Both the position numbers and the translations under genes were made by a program. The notes under the pieces are model-generated. The model worked only from the letters and a program-made list of their open reading frames with translations. It had not been told where the DNA came from and did no database searches. This document shows, one piece after another, positions 39,935 to 56,598 of a stretch of 64,000 nucleotides of DNA. Source of the stretch: the human T2T-CHM13v2.0 reference genome, Homo sapiens; assembly GCF_009914755.1 (NCBI RefSeq), contig NC_060929.1, one strand, 5' to 3'. How positions within the stretch are numbered: the stretch's first letter is position 1; every line of letters begins with the position of its first letter.

Positions 39935-40650
39935 AAATGATTTTGCAAGCATCAAAGGGAAGGAACAGGGAATCCCCTCATCAATTCATATAATTACTGA
40001 CAGCTCACATAATGAGCTTATCTTAGTCCCATAAATCGGCTGAACTGCAAGTTATTAAGTCTCTGAAGGGAGAGAGCTTGGGGTGCACTTCCTGGGAGAA
40101 GGGCCAGAGGCAGGAGGTAAAGCTGGCTGCCCGTTTCTCCTGTGTCCTATTTTCCAGTCAGAAACGAGGGTCCTCCTGCGGGTAGCCCAGGGCTGAATGC
40201 CAGGCACCAACTTCACCGTCCCACCTCTGTCACCGTGAATAAGCCAAGAACGGGCAGACAGATCCCTACTGGGCCATAGAGGGCTCTTCCTGTTTCTCCT
40301 TCCCGAGTCCATCTGAGCTCCAGATCGCCCCCAGCTACACAAGTGAGAGGTACCAAGAAGAACAAACCCACCGACAACATCGAAATTGCAGAGGGCAAGG
40401 GAAAGAGAAAAGGTTGGCTAATTCCTTTCCCAGTCTAGCCAAATATTTCCATTCCTAATTTAAGAGGATATTCCTTGTGGTTAGAAAAGTAAGCAAGGGA
40501 CCTCAGAGCTGTGCTGTGGATCAACAGTACATCTTCGCCACACCATCCGGGAACTCAGACCAGGCAAACAGAACCATCCCACAGGCTTCCTGCAATGGCC
40601 GAGTCTCCACCTCTCCTCTGTTCACCCATTTGGCCCACGAACTGAGGGGA
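39935..40650. promoter_or_regulatory. Candidate enhancer or alternative promoter (CpG-enriched; kB, MEIS/HOX and ETS sites)
   Basis: GGGAATCCCC at 39968-39977, TGACAG at 39998-40003, CCCATAAATC at ~40028, CACTTCCTG at ~40086, and about 14 CpGs in 40130-40640. Confidence 0.35.
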
Positions 40651-41148
40651 AAGAGAAAACAGAAGACTGTGGCTGGAAGGCAGCCTGGCTCTGTCACACC
40701 TTGATTCAGAGTCCCCAGGCAAGCTGTGGCTCTCCAGGTTGCTGTGACAGTCCAGCTGAGAGGACATCCCAATTTCTAGGGAGTCAAAACAAGAAGCTGT
40801 AGGCTCCCTGCTAGAGAAGCCCAGCCTCCTACAGAGGCTCACCACTAACAGATACTTATAGCCCAGGAGCCAGGCATCCAGACAGGGGCAGCCTCTCACC
40901 AGGACAGTCATACCTAGGGACACATAAAAGTGGTGTCAGCCCCTAGTGCTTGACGCCAGTGCCAAATGCTGTAGGTGCCAAAGTCATCGGAAGGAAGAGA
41001 TTAATTCTAGGACTGAGGTGTGTATCAATGAGCAAGGACTCCCACAGGAGCAGTAAGGCCAGGCAGGAGTAGATGCATGCCCACGACATTGAAGGCAACC
41101 AATGGGCCTGGGGGTCTGGGCAGAACACCAATTTTCAGACAGCCTTAC

Positions 41149-41291
41149 CTTGTCAACATCTAATGGCTTGACATGCAGTCTATCCTGAGCACTGGATGCC
41201 AAAGAACTGTCACCATCAGCAGAAAGCCCATTTGGATTCAAAGCTTCTGCCCTTCTACTTAGAAGTCTTTCAAGAGGGCAACCCTTCAGAA
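41149..41291 (-). other. Candidate 143-nt exon or pseudo-exon
   Basis: attcttctctag|TTCTG...GACAAG|gtaagg. One frame is open. Confidence 0.25.
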
Positions 41292-41294
41292 CTA

Positions 41295-41745
41295 GAGAAG
41301 AATACTGACTACATGCCAGGCACTGTAATAAGTGCAATGCACACATTTTTCCATTTAAGTCTCACAGCGGCCCTCAGAGGGAGGTTCTATGGATAGCTCT
41401 AGTTAGGGGCCAAGAACACACACTCTGGCTTTAAATCCCAGCTCCTCTACTTTCTAGGTAAGTGGCATTGGGCTAGTAAATGAACCTCACCCCAGTGTTC
41501 ACACCTGTAAAATGGAAATAATAATAGCATTTGCCATGTAGGACTGTTAAGAGGACTCAATGAATTATTCAAGCAAGTGCTTCAATAGACTAATATGAAT
41601 GTTCACTTCCATTAGCTTCTACCATTATAATTTTATATTGAGGACACTGATGCTCGCAGGAGAAAGAAATCTGCCTAAGGCCAAAAAGTAAGTGAGTGGC
41701 CAAGCTGGGTCTTGAACTAAGGTCTTGCCCTTAACCACTGTGAGG
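41295..41745. mobile_element. MIR (+, ~41400-41630) nested inside an oppositely oriented MIR (-)
   Basis: The antisense MIR 3' half (atgccaggcactgtaataagtgc) and 5' half (tgaggacactgatgctc...ttaaccact) flank a sense MIR (cctgtaaaatggaaataataatagc). Confidence 0.7.
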
Positions 41746-42499
41746 CATTAACAGCATCCTGGAATGCTGCTAAAACATGGCTGAAATAAACTCAGAAAGA
41801 ATTAAGAGCTTAATTATATCAGTGAAATATGTACTGCAGCAGGACATAATTTCATGGTCTGGAAAAAATAGATATAAGATTTTTACTTCAACTCCATAGC
41901 TGTCACTTTAAACCACTGCTGTCCGAGGAGAATGGGCAATTTTAGAGCAATTGATCTTTTTTCTCTAGGGAAATGTGACAACGCTGTGCTCTTTAAGCTG
42001 CACTTCACAGCTGGGGAGAAACTTGGGAAGAGACAAGAGGCAGAGAAAGAGCAGCACTAACAGGCTTAACCCAGAGGGCAGGATGTTATGATAAAAATCA
42101 AACCTTCCTGAGACACAGGAACCCAGGGTTCTTGCAGTCACTCACCAGCTTGGTGTACCTGAGAGGGGGGAGTGGTGATCAGATTAGGAAACTATTCCAT
42201 GGTAGCATTCGGTAGTGACCCAGGAATGCTTAAATCCTGCCTGAGCCCATATTCCCTTCCTCAAGGTCCCTGTAAAAAATATATATAAGACAAAAGCAGC
42301 ACAAAACACCACATTCTTGAGTCCAAACCCCAACATAAAATGCCAGTGATTCAGGCTAGACCATAGAGAGAACTCCGATCACCCAGGCTCACATAAAGAA
42401 TCTCATTCTCCCCCCAACACAAAACAGAACCTCAAGTCTTTCTGCTCTGTAAGAAAACACAAGCCACTGCGCACCTATCAGCAGAGCCATAGAGACAGA

Positions 42500-42930
42500 G
42501 AACATCTGAAACCTATGTCAGGTCACATCATTTCCTAGATTAAAACCCATTGGTGCTTTCCCCTATGCCTAGATTGACATCCCAGTCCTGCTTCCAAGCC
42601 ACAGGGCCCTGCAGGGTCTATGCTTGCTGGCTGCCTCTCCCGCCCCCACCCCCACTGCTCACTTGGCTCCAGGCACAAGGGCCTCCTTGCAGCCCCTGCA
42701 ACAGACCAAGCTCTGCACTACCTGGGACTCTTTGTAGATGATATTTCATCTCCCTGGAAGATTTTTTTCACTGCATCTTGACTTATTTCCTTCACAACAT
42801 TTATCATTAACTGAAAATAGATGATTTATTTGTTTTCTGGCTTAATGTCTGTCTGTTAGTTCTACTAGCCCACAAGGCCCATGAGAACAAAGACCTTGGC
42901 TGTGGTATTCAGTGCTGTGTTCCTGACACT
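42500..42930 (+). mobile_element. L2 3' region
   Basis: gtcaggtcacatcatttcct...aaaaccc...ccatgagaacaaagaccttg...tattcagtgctgtgttcc. Confidence 0.7.
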
Positions 42931-43489
42931 CCCCATATATTATAGAAGACAGAAGAGGCTAGGTGTCCCTCAACCCCACCATGGATGGTGAGTGGTATGG
43001 TCTTACCATCAGATAGTCAGGAGTGGGGATGTGGAGGGGAGAGAGACAGACAGGGACATGTTTCCTCTCATATAGGCCCAACCATGATGCCCAGCAGACT
43101 GAGGCTGAAGAAGAAACACCACAGCCCTTTGCTGTGATCATTCCTGCCTTGCCAGTGCCACCTCTAGCATGCAATACCTCCTAAGTGCCCTTGAAACACA
43201 TCAGTTCTTGCCCTCCTTCTCAGGGATAAAAAGCTTATCTTTGTCTCTAATCCAAACCCATTCTTGAGAAAAAGTAAGGGGAAAGGGGAACAGCTTAAGC
43301 TCCTAGCTGTGGCCAACGTGAAAGGAACATGTTTACCCTCTCTGGACCCCATTTACTTTATTTTTTTTAACTGCATAACTCTTAAGGCTACCTGCAGCTC
43401 ATTTTCTAATGTTATGTCATGGTAAAGGACACCAGCCTCCACCAACAGCCAATTCCCCCTGGAAATCAGAATAAGATGTCAAGGAAAGA

Positions 43490-43680
43490 ACATGAGACAG
43501 ACCAGGAGCAGCCCAGCTCCACCACTTACTAGCTGCATGGCCTTGCCCATGCTTCTTAGCCTCTGGGAGCCTCAATTTCCTCAACCAAAAAAATGGGAGG
43601 ATAACTCCACTTTCCTCACTGGGTGAGTGGGAAGACAGCCCTCAGCACTGTGCCTAGTGCTCAATTTATGTTTCACGAAG
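43490..43680 (+). mobile_element. MIR relic
   Basis: cccagctccaccacttactagctgcatggccttg...gcctcaatttcctca. Confidence 0.8.
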
Positions 43681-44144
43681 GTCAGTCCCATCTCCCTCCC
43701 AAACCCCTTCCCCAAACACACATTTTAGAGCACAGCCTATCAGACTCCTGGGAAAGAAATCCAAGTCTGAAGGAATCCAGGCCACCTCCAGTCCCCCATA
43801 CAATCTCCAAAGTGTCATGACCACCCACCCCTGACTCCATCCAGGAAGCACAAGATATGGTCCCCACCTCCCCATCCTCAAAGGGGGTTTTCCCTTTCTT
43901 TATGAAAAGCCTGGAAGGAGGCAATACTGTTAGAGGCATTGAAAGTGTCTGTACCAATCCTATTTGTTATACCCTTCATAGGAGACATAAGCTTCATAAC
44001 CCTAGGCAGGCAGGCTGAACCAAAGCCATGGGTTTGGGGAATCGCAGATCCATAGGCAGCATGCAGGTGGAGAGGGAGGCTGCCATGGGATAAGGCTGAA
44101 GAGTGCTGGGCTAAAGGAAATCTGGAGGAGGAAGTCTGGCCTAG

Positions 44145-44340
44145 CATCTCAGAGCACAGGATCTAGAGTCAGACAGCCTGGGCTCATATCTCAAATCTGC
44201 CATGTGCTAGCTGTGTGTCACTTTCTGTAAAATGGCATAATGATAGTACCCATCTCCTAGGGTTGCCCATAAGGATTAAATAAAATTAGCCTTAGCAGCA
44301 TTTTAACACATGATAAATTAGCAATACTTGGCACATGATG
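44145..44340 (+). mobile_element. MIR relic
   Basis: agagcacaggatctagagtcagacagcctggg...tctgtaaaatggcataatgatagtacc. Confidence 0.8.
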
Positions 44341-45754
44341 AATATTACATGGGTAAGAGGCACATGGCAGCTGCCATGGGAGACTAGCTATTGTGCCCAC
44401 AATGATTGGGTTGAGAAAGTTAATTTTGTTTTTTGGTTTTGACTTTCCTATGTTTCTGTTAGGTTAGAAGGATATACATACCAGAACTCCATTCCTTCCA
44501 TCATTTGACAGCTATTATATGCTAGGCTCACTAATAAGTGCTGAGCAAAATAGACATCTAGCCCTTAGGGAACCTATGGTTGAATGGAAATTCAGTTTAG
44601 CTTGGTTTAGCATTTACCAGCTACCTCCTATGCTTCAGGCCAGGGCTGAGCACTGTGGTGGTGGGAAGGAATGCCCAGGCACATCAGATATGGTCTAGCA
44701 ATGGCCACCATGAGCCACCTCCCACTGCCACCACATAGCTGGCCTGGGTCCCAGCTGTCTCCTCAAGCTGTGAAAACTTCACATTCTCCCTTAGCTTCAC
44801 CACTTCCCAAATCATCACACCACAGACCTTATTATCTTTGCAAGCCTTCCCATTTTATGCCTTTATTATCATGCTCCTGATATTCGGCATTCACAGGCAC
44901 TTAATCAAGGTGCTCTGCTGGTTTATTACAACATCTTTCAGCTGATCTATTTTCCCTTATCTAGACACTCCACCACTGCCTGTTAGTGTTTAAAAGGATC
45001 TTCCTGAGGTATCATTTGACTTGTTCCTGATGATAATTAATTTTAAGAACTGATCAAGATGTTAAGGGGAACCAGCCCTTGGAAACTGATGACCATGTAG
45101 GTTTATCATGACAACAGAGCCTTTTTAAGATGTTATGAGCAGGCTGGCTGTAGGAAGCCAGGGAAAGGCTGTTTGTTGATAATCATCTCATTGGCTGCAT
45201 GGATCACGGCTGTCAGGTTCTGTTATTGGTTTCATTATTCCAAACAAGTTCCGTTCTGTGCCCTTTGGATAATTGGCCCAGAAGATATCCCTGCATTTTA
45301 ATAAAGTCAACAAGTATTAAATAGGGACTGCACCCCACGCCACTGGACAGCTCTCTTTGCCTATGGCATATCACAAAGATTAGGCAAGCAAGATTCACAC
45401 CTGTGAGCATGAGCTCGAGTTCAGAAGGGAGTGTGCCACACCAGCTCTCCAATGGACACCACCCAATGCACAGTCAGAGACATCCCATGCACAAAGGAGA
45501 CCTGCTTTCCCTCCAAGGAGGCCCAGATGGAGAGACAGGCAGCAATGCACTGGGAGGGAGGAGGGGATGCAAGCCACAGAAAAGGCAGAAATACCACCTT
45601 GAGAAGAGCACCAAGCCTTGCAGATGAGCACATCAAGTTTGGGGACCTCAGGAAAGTTTGTTTCCTAGTGTCCTGCTTTAGATAAACTCCAGAAGCAAGT
45701 GACAAATGCCCATGCTTCTCAGGACCAGTGGCATCATGGGTTCCAGCCAGAAGG

Positions 45755-46250
45755 TCTTTACTTGGCACCCTCTTACGGACCGGGCACTGTACTGGGCCCC
45801 AATGAAAATACAGTGGGGAAAAGGACAGGTGCAGTCCCTGCCCTCACAATCCTATCACAATACAATGGAGTAGGGTGCAGTGTGAGCAGCTGGAACAGAC
45901 AACTATTTAACCCAGTCTGAGATCTAGCCAAGACTTCCCAGATAAAGGGAGCTCTGAGCTAAGGCCTATAGGATGGGACCTAATTATCCACAGAATGAGG
46001 ACGGGTAGAGAGATGAGCAGTTACAAGCAGGAGGCAAGATGGAGGGTGTTCTATAGGATCACAGCAAACACCTGAAGAAGGGGAGAGCACCAGTGATGAG
46101 GATGGAGGGAGAGGCAGGGCCAAATCACCAAGGACCTTGTTGGGCATGTTGAGTTTGGGCATCACTCTGAAGTTAACAAGGAGCCCCAAAAGATTTCAAG
46201 AACAGTAAAGACATAATACTATTGGCATTTGAAGACAATCCCTCTGAGTA
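45755..46250 (-). mobile_element. L2 3' region
   Basis: gggcactgtactggg...gtccctgccctca...gcagggccaaatcaccaaggaccttgttgggcatgttgagtttgg. Confidence 0.7.
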
Positions 46251-46259
46251 ACCAATGTG

Positions 46260-46500
46260 ATGTTCTGGAATGCACCTTGGACTGGAAGCAAAGAGACCCC
46301 AGGCTTCTTTCCACTCTGCCACTTCCCAGCTGTGTGTTTTTGGATGTGCCACCTCCCCTCATGGGCCTCACTTTATCTTCTGTAAAATGGGGTTAACAAC
46401 TTCTGGGTCTGTTTATCTCACCAGGGCCTTGTGAGGCTCCCATCCTGCAAATGAGAGCATGGCAAAGTGCAGGAAGTTAAATAAATGCAATGGATAATGA
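46260..46500 (+). mobile_element. MIR relic
   Basis: ctctgccacttcccagctgtgtg...gggcctcactttatcttctgtaaaatgggg. Confidence 0.75.
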
Positions 46501-46623
46501 CAGCTCTCCCAAATACCAAACTTTCACTTCATCCCATAGCTTCAACCTTCTCCAAAAAATTTAAAAATCTATTTAGACCTTGAAAAGGAAAATGTTGACT
46601 GTTTTTCCACTGCATTTCCTAGC

Positions 46624-46702
46624 CCTCACCTACGCAGTAAAGAAAAGGTCTGCGTGGCTATCACAGCAGCCAAGGCGAAAGAAGAATGAGGGGAGAGAGA
46701 CA
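46624..46702 (-). other. Candidate microexon (28 nt, 46630-46657) or AG|GT recursive splice site
   Basis: Minus strand reads: long pyrimidine tract...gtgatag|CCACGCAG|ACCTTTTCTTTACTGCGTAG|gtgagg. Confidence 0.3.
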
Positions 46703-49167
46703 CTCTAGGACTCTGATGCAGAGCCCTCGGACTCCAGATAAACAATCCACCCACAATGTGAAGAGTTGAGGGGAAGAGCCACCTGTCATGGAGATGGACT
46801 GCACGAGCCCAATGCAACAGTGTCCTCATGTATTACTTCTCTCACCAGACAATCATTTTCCAGGCCCACAAGCCCCACTCCACTCAGACAAAATCTCTAA
46901 TTTGTCAGAGCACAGGTTTGCACTCTGCAGGCCCATTCTACCTCACTGACAAGGGGCAGGTATAGAGCTCCTGTTGGCACCCAATTTCTGCCAGCTGGAG
47001 TGCCTTATGCCAAAATGAACATCTGGCAAGCCTATGGAAGTTGAGCCACAGTGAAACATTAGCTGAACTTCCCTTCTACAGCTGACAGGCCTGAAAAAGG
47101 CAATTCATGGGAGATGGCTAAGTATGGGTAGATGTTTTCCAAGTAAAATGTGTCACCTTGAAATGTCAGTGAATGAGAAAACAACTGCATAGCTGTCCAC
47201 TTTGGTTTAGGGAGGGACACAATGGAAGCGCAGGGTCACTGTCTGGGAAACATCATTCCTAGGCCAAATGAAAGGAACCAGGTTGACCCACTCAGAGCTC
47301 CTGAAGCTCAGAAAGAGAAGCAGTCCCTCAGACAGAAAGAGAACAGTATTGACTCCAATTCCCACCTCAGAAGAAGCCTTGGAACTTCAGTGGAGTCTTC
47401 ACCTGGGCCTGTGATCCAAGGCAGGGACTGTGTTGCCCTTCACAGGCCTCAAGAACAAGTGACAGAGATGTTATTCTTCAAAGCTAATAAATAAATAAAG
47501 CAAAATAAATGTGCAGGAATGTTCTCTACTGCACTGTGAGAGAAGACAAGTGCAGAGGACCTAAATTTCCTTCAACAGAAGACTTGGAAGATAAATGAGA
47601 GTCCAAGTGTACTCTGATTATCTGACTAGATCACTATGTTCTAACAGAGAAAGCTGTCCCAAATCTAGTGTTAAGTGGAAAAAAAAAAAGGTACCTTTAA
47701 AAACAACATGTAGCATCTAATGCTATTTTTATAAAATCTTAAAAGTAATTTTTGGAGGTGCTGTATCAAAAACTTACAGTCATAACCTTATTTAGTTCTC
47801 TATGAGGTAAAGGCCACTATTACCTCATTTTAGAAATGAGGACAGTAGCTCAAAATTCTTTTCTTCTCAGTCAACTCTGCTGAATGAAGAGCTATACTTT
47901 GCTTCTCATTGACTCTTCGTCTATTTTTGGTTTTTTTTCCCCAGAATTATACTGCATTTAAATATAAACTCATGGAATAAAATATAGAAATACACAAACA
48001 CTAATTCTCTTTCACTGATGACAAGCAAAATTTTTAAAATCATGAGCAAAAACAAAAAACCACACATGCACCATAATCTGTGATTTTACCAACTTCTCTT
48101 ATTTCAAAATTGGCTTTGGTATTAAACTGTTTTAATAATAATAATAAGCAGATAATTAACAGCTGAGTGGATAGATGAATGGGATTTCTATTCACTTACT
48201 AGGGTAGTTTCCCCCTGATCTTGTCCTGCCTTCCTGGAAGATCTCAGCCACATCTATTCCTTCACAGCTCCTGGCATGAACTCCATCCCACCTGAGCATA
48301 AATCACAGCCCTCAAACCAAGACCTGAGCTACACTCCTGGCTTCTCTGAAGGCACGACCTTTGGAGGGAGCAGTACCATGCCCTATGTCACATCAGGGTA
48401 TAATGTGATGTCACAACTCTATTTGGAAGGCTTCTGCCTCTATACAAACTTCAGTCCCAAATACCTGATTAAACATTTATCTCACATAATCAAGAAGTAC
48501 CAAACTGTTCATAATGAGCCCCTACCTGTTCCCATCAACAACTAGTTTGTCTATCACAAGGGTTCTACCAGGTATATTCATGACAAGAATCTGAATTTCC
48601 TCAGCCCCACACGCACTTTTTTAAAACAGAAATTACCCTCCCTCCACCCACCTGTTCTCCTGAAACAAATATATGTGCACTTACAGGTCAAATAACCTGT
48701 CTCCCAACTATTGGTTCAAGAAAATATCATCTATAGACAAACCGTGATTGGTAAATGATTCCAAATGGAAAGAAAACACACACAAGAAAATGTTTTGTCC
48801 TGCTTATAACCATATGAACAACTTTAATACAGAAGAGCAAAAATATAATTCTTAGGGATCAGACAGATTCTGCTTACTTCCTATTCCTCCTCTATCCTTC
48901 ACTACAGTGTCTGCAATCACAAAGCTTCCCCTCCAAGCAAGTACACTGGCTGGGTGAGAGGGGTGAGCAGGCCAGTATTTCTGAGTGGCAAAAGATAGTG
49001 ACCAGACATGCCTGTCCTTTGTCACTAACCACCTTTCAAGCTTCCCCTTCTGCTGAGCCATCTGCAGGAAAATGTCAACATGTGCTGCAGGGAAAAAATG
49101 TATTTGTTAATTTATGTGCTGGGTAAATTCACTTATTCAGTAGAATAATAAAAATGTGACTGCTTAC

Positions 49168-49215
49168 CACCTTTCCCTTCTAGAGTAAAGACATCTTTAT
49201 TAATGATTTTAAAGC
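49168..49215 (-). other. Candidate 48-nt frame-preserving exon
   Basis: attcctgtttcttcag|GCTTT...AAGGTG|gtaagc, phase 1-1, encoding FKIINKDVFTLEGKG. Confidence 0.3.
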
Positions 49216-50614
49216 CTGAAGAAACAGGAATGCTTGCTCTGTTTACATTTCCCCATATTAAATGGAAGACATTCACTTGCTGGGGGCGAAACATTGAAAA
49301 TACCCTTCTGGTCATGATTTATTGCTGGAGAAATTTTACTAAATTGGGATGTGACCATGTATCCACCTATTAATAACATTGCTGGGAAAATAAAATAACA
49401 GAGATTTACATTTTCAGTAATTCCTGAAATAAGCACTCTGTGTTTCTGGAAGGTATTAAAAAATATTTTCCAAGACTTTATATTTTAGCACCTAAGGTCT
49501 GGAGTTTCAAAAGCTGCATACTCTGAAGCCAAAAAAGTCATAGATAATCCCAAGTATGTCCCCGCCCACCCCCCTTACTAACTGGAGGATATTACATCTT
49601 GTCCCTTAGGTGCTATATCTTTGCTGATCAAAGCTTTTTCCATCAAAGACCTCCCTGAATCTGAATTTGGCCTGAATCCACAAATGAACATTCAATTAGG
49701 ACCAGGGAAGCATTCCAATTTAGGAACTAGCACAGTTACAAGTAAGCCAGAAGAGGAGATACAAGATAGTATTTCTAAGTCCTACTTAAAGGATACAAGC
49801 CATTTGGGGGATTAAATTTAAAATTGATGAGAAAAATGTATTTCAGAATAAATGTGTAAATAGAGATTTATGAATAGTTCCTCAATTAGGGAGGAAGGTG
49901 AGATAAATAGAGAAGAACCCATATAGTTTGAGATTCCGATCACAAAAGGCAATCCCTTTCTATTACAAGCACACAAATATTTGTGAGCTAAATCAGTGCT
50001 ACTGGTAATTCTCTGGGCTGACTGTTTAAATAGGATTTGTGAGGGAGGAGGAGAAACACAAGCCATATGTTTGTGTGACTAATGAAGGCCAGTGGTTAAG
50101 AAGCATACTGTGAGCTACAGAGGCCCAAGGTTGAGGGACATGCACCCAAAGGTGGTAGGAAGGGTCCTCTAGGATGAGGTCAAGATGACAGCCAGGTCCT
50201 TCCCTCTCCCTCCATTGTGAAGAAGAATGAAAACTGCTTGGATCCCCATTATGGGGTAAACAGGCAGTTCCCTGGTTCAGAGGAATTCTTCAGCACATTC
50301 CAGAAGCGTGATTCCAATAAGCACTGAGCCAAAAAGCCACAAATGGGAAATCTCTACCTGGTCAACTGCCCAGATGAATAAAAATTTAAATGAAGGTCCT
50401 TATTTTCTTAACCAAGAGTCTGGTGGCAAGCTCACTTAAGGTTTCTGGGAAAAAAAGAGAAACTTTTGCTGATCTATATCCACTTACTTACCTGCTAACT
50501 TAATTGAATGAAAATACATTAGCTGTCACTGTTATCTTGGCAACCCTGAGAAATCATATCTTCCTAAATATCCCAAAAGCTCAAGTCACCTTGTTAGTTC
50601 TTAGAAACCTAAGT

Positions 50615-51095
50615 AGATAAAAACTGTAAACCCACAGATCCAATAATCTCAATGAACCTCAGTCACAGGAAACAGGAAGAAAAGGATACAAAGGCTCATA
50701 TCAAATTGCTCCAAACCAGTCATAAAGAGAAGAAGTCATAAAACCTTAAAATCAGCCAGAGGAAAAATAGACATGTTACATACAGAGGACAATAGAAAAG
50801 GAAAAGAACACATTTCTTGCTGAAAACAACGCAAGCAAGACAGAAGAGCAACATCTTTAAAGTACTGGAAAAAAAAAACTGTCAACATAAAATTCTATAC
50901 CAAGCAAAAATGTCTTTCAAAAGTTGCAATAAAGACTTTTTCAGACATACAAAACCTTACAGAATTCATCACCAGCAGATCCTCCCCTCTGAAAAAAAAA
51001 AATTAAATGCTTCAAGCAGAATAAATATTATACCAGATGGAAACCTGGATCTACACAAAGATATAAAGAACTCTGGAAATGGTAACTACATGGGT
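50615..51095 (+). mobile_element. Old L1M ORF1-region fragment
   Basis: ORF1-like peptide NIFKVLEKKNCQHKILYQAKMSF and cagaattcatcaccagcaga. Confidence 0.8.
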
Positions 51096-52029
51096 TCTCA
51101 GAATCAACATTAGTTATATATATTAGCTGCTTTTCCTACAGTAATTGTCTTTTTAAATATACCTATCGCATTCTTTGATATTACTTTTAGTTAAGCAGAG
51201 GAGCAAAAGTGATAGCCTTATATAATCCTCCTCAAAAATAATAACGGAACTTGAGAAAACCTATTGCTCTCCCCAAAGAGCCATAAAACTGGGGGAAATA
51301 AAAGATACAGTGGAGGATGTAACTGTAACTGTAACTAAGAAAGAATCAGAAGGCTATCAAAAATAATATTAATAAGAAACTGCCAAACACTTTTCCAAAG
51401 CAAGTGTAGCATTTTACACTCTCAGCAACAATCAGTGAGAGTTCCACATCCCCACCAGCACCAAGCATTGCCAGACTTTTAAATGTTAGCCACTATCATG
51501 AAGGTGAAATAGTATCTTCTTGTGATTTTAATTTGCATTTCCATAAGTACTAATTTTGAACATTTTTATGTGCCCACTGGCCACTTATAGATGTCTTTTT
51601 GTGAAGTTTTTGTTCAAATATTTTGAATATTTGATTATTTTGAATATTTTGTGAAGTTTTTGTTCAAATATTTTGTCCTCTCATTGTGAAGTTGTAATAT
51701 TTCTTTATGTATTTTGGGTATAAGTCCTTTGTCATACATATACATATCCACATATATAGATATATGTGTACATGAATGTTTATATGCACATGTGTGTATA
51801 TAAAATATTTTCTCCCAGCAGGTGTCTCATCTTTTCATTTTCTTAATGGGGACTTTCTAAGAGCCCAAGTTCTTAACGTTAATGAAGTTCAGTTTTTTTT
51901 CTCATATGAGAATGCTTTTTGAGTCCTATCTAAAAAATCTTTGCCTACTCCAAGGTAATGAAGATTTTCTTTTAGAAGTTTTATAGTTTTACATTTTACT
52001 CTGACGTTCAGGTGTGTATAACCCATTTC

Positions 52030-52460
52030 TTTTTTTTTTTTTTTTTCATTTTTTTAAAAAAATCAATTTTACTGAGGAAAAATTACTGTCAAATGCACAC
52101 ATTTTAAGTTACAGAAGATGACTTTTGACATTCACATACACTGTGTAACCACCACACCAATCAGTCAAGATATTATAGGACATTTCCATTACCCCAAACA
52201 GTCCCATCATGCTCCTTTGAGTCAGCCTTTCTCTCAGCTTCCACTCCAGGCACTCACTGATCTCATTTCTGTCACAATTGATAAATGTTACCTGCTCTAG
52301 AACTTTACATTAAGAAAACATTAAAGTCTGTACTTTTTGTATCTGGCTATTTTAATTCAACATATTTTAGATACATCTATTACCAATAGTTTGTTCTTAT
52401 GCATATCTCAAAAATTTATTCCTTTCTAATTGCTGGCTAGTATTTCAGTCTTTTTGGAAT
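52030..52460 (-). mobile_element. L1ME-type 3' UTR segment with a clean T17 tail (probably transduced with the adjacent L1PA4)
   Basis: aattttactgagg...tgtgtaaccaccaca...catttccattacccc is old L1 3' UTR. It lies inside the outer TSD shared with the L1PA4. Confidence 0.7.
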
Positions 52461-52718
52461 GTTTTTCTATTTTTTTATCTTTATTAGTCAGTTTTTATGT
52501 TTTATTTTCTTTTATTATACTTTAAGGTTTAGGGTACATGTGCACAACGTGCAGGTTTGTTACATATGTATACATGTGCCATATTGGTGTGCTGCACCCA
52601 TTAACTTGTCATTTAACATTAGGTATATCTCCTAATGCTATTCCTCCCCCCTCCCGCTACCCCACAACAGGCCCTGGTGTGTGATGTTCCCCTTCCTGTG
52701 TCCATGTGTTCTCATTGT

Positions 52719-56535
<3,817 letters not shown>

Positions 56536-56598
56536 TATGATGTTAGCTGGTTATTTTGCTCGTTAGTTGATGCAGTTTCTTCCCAGCCTCAATGGTCT

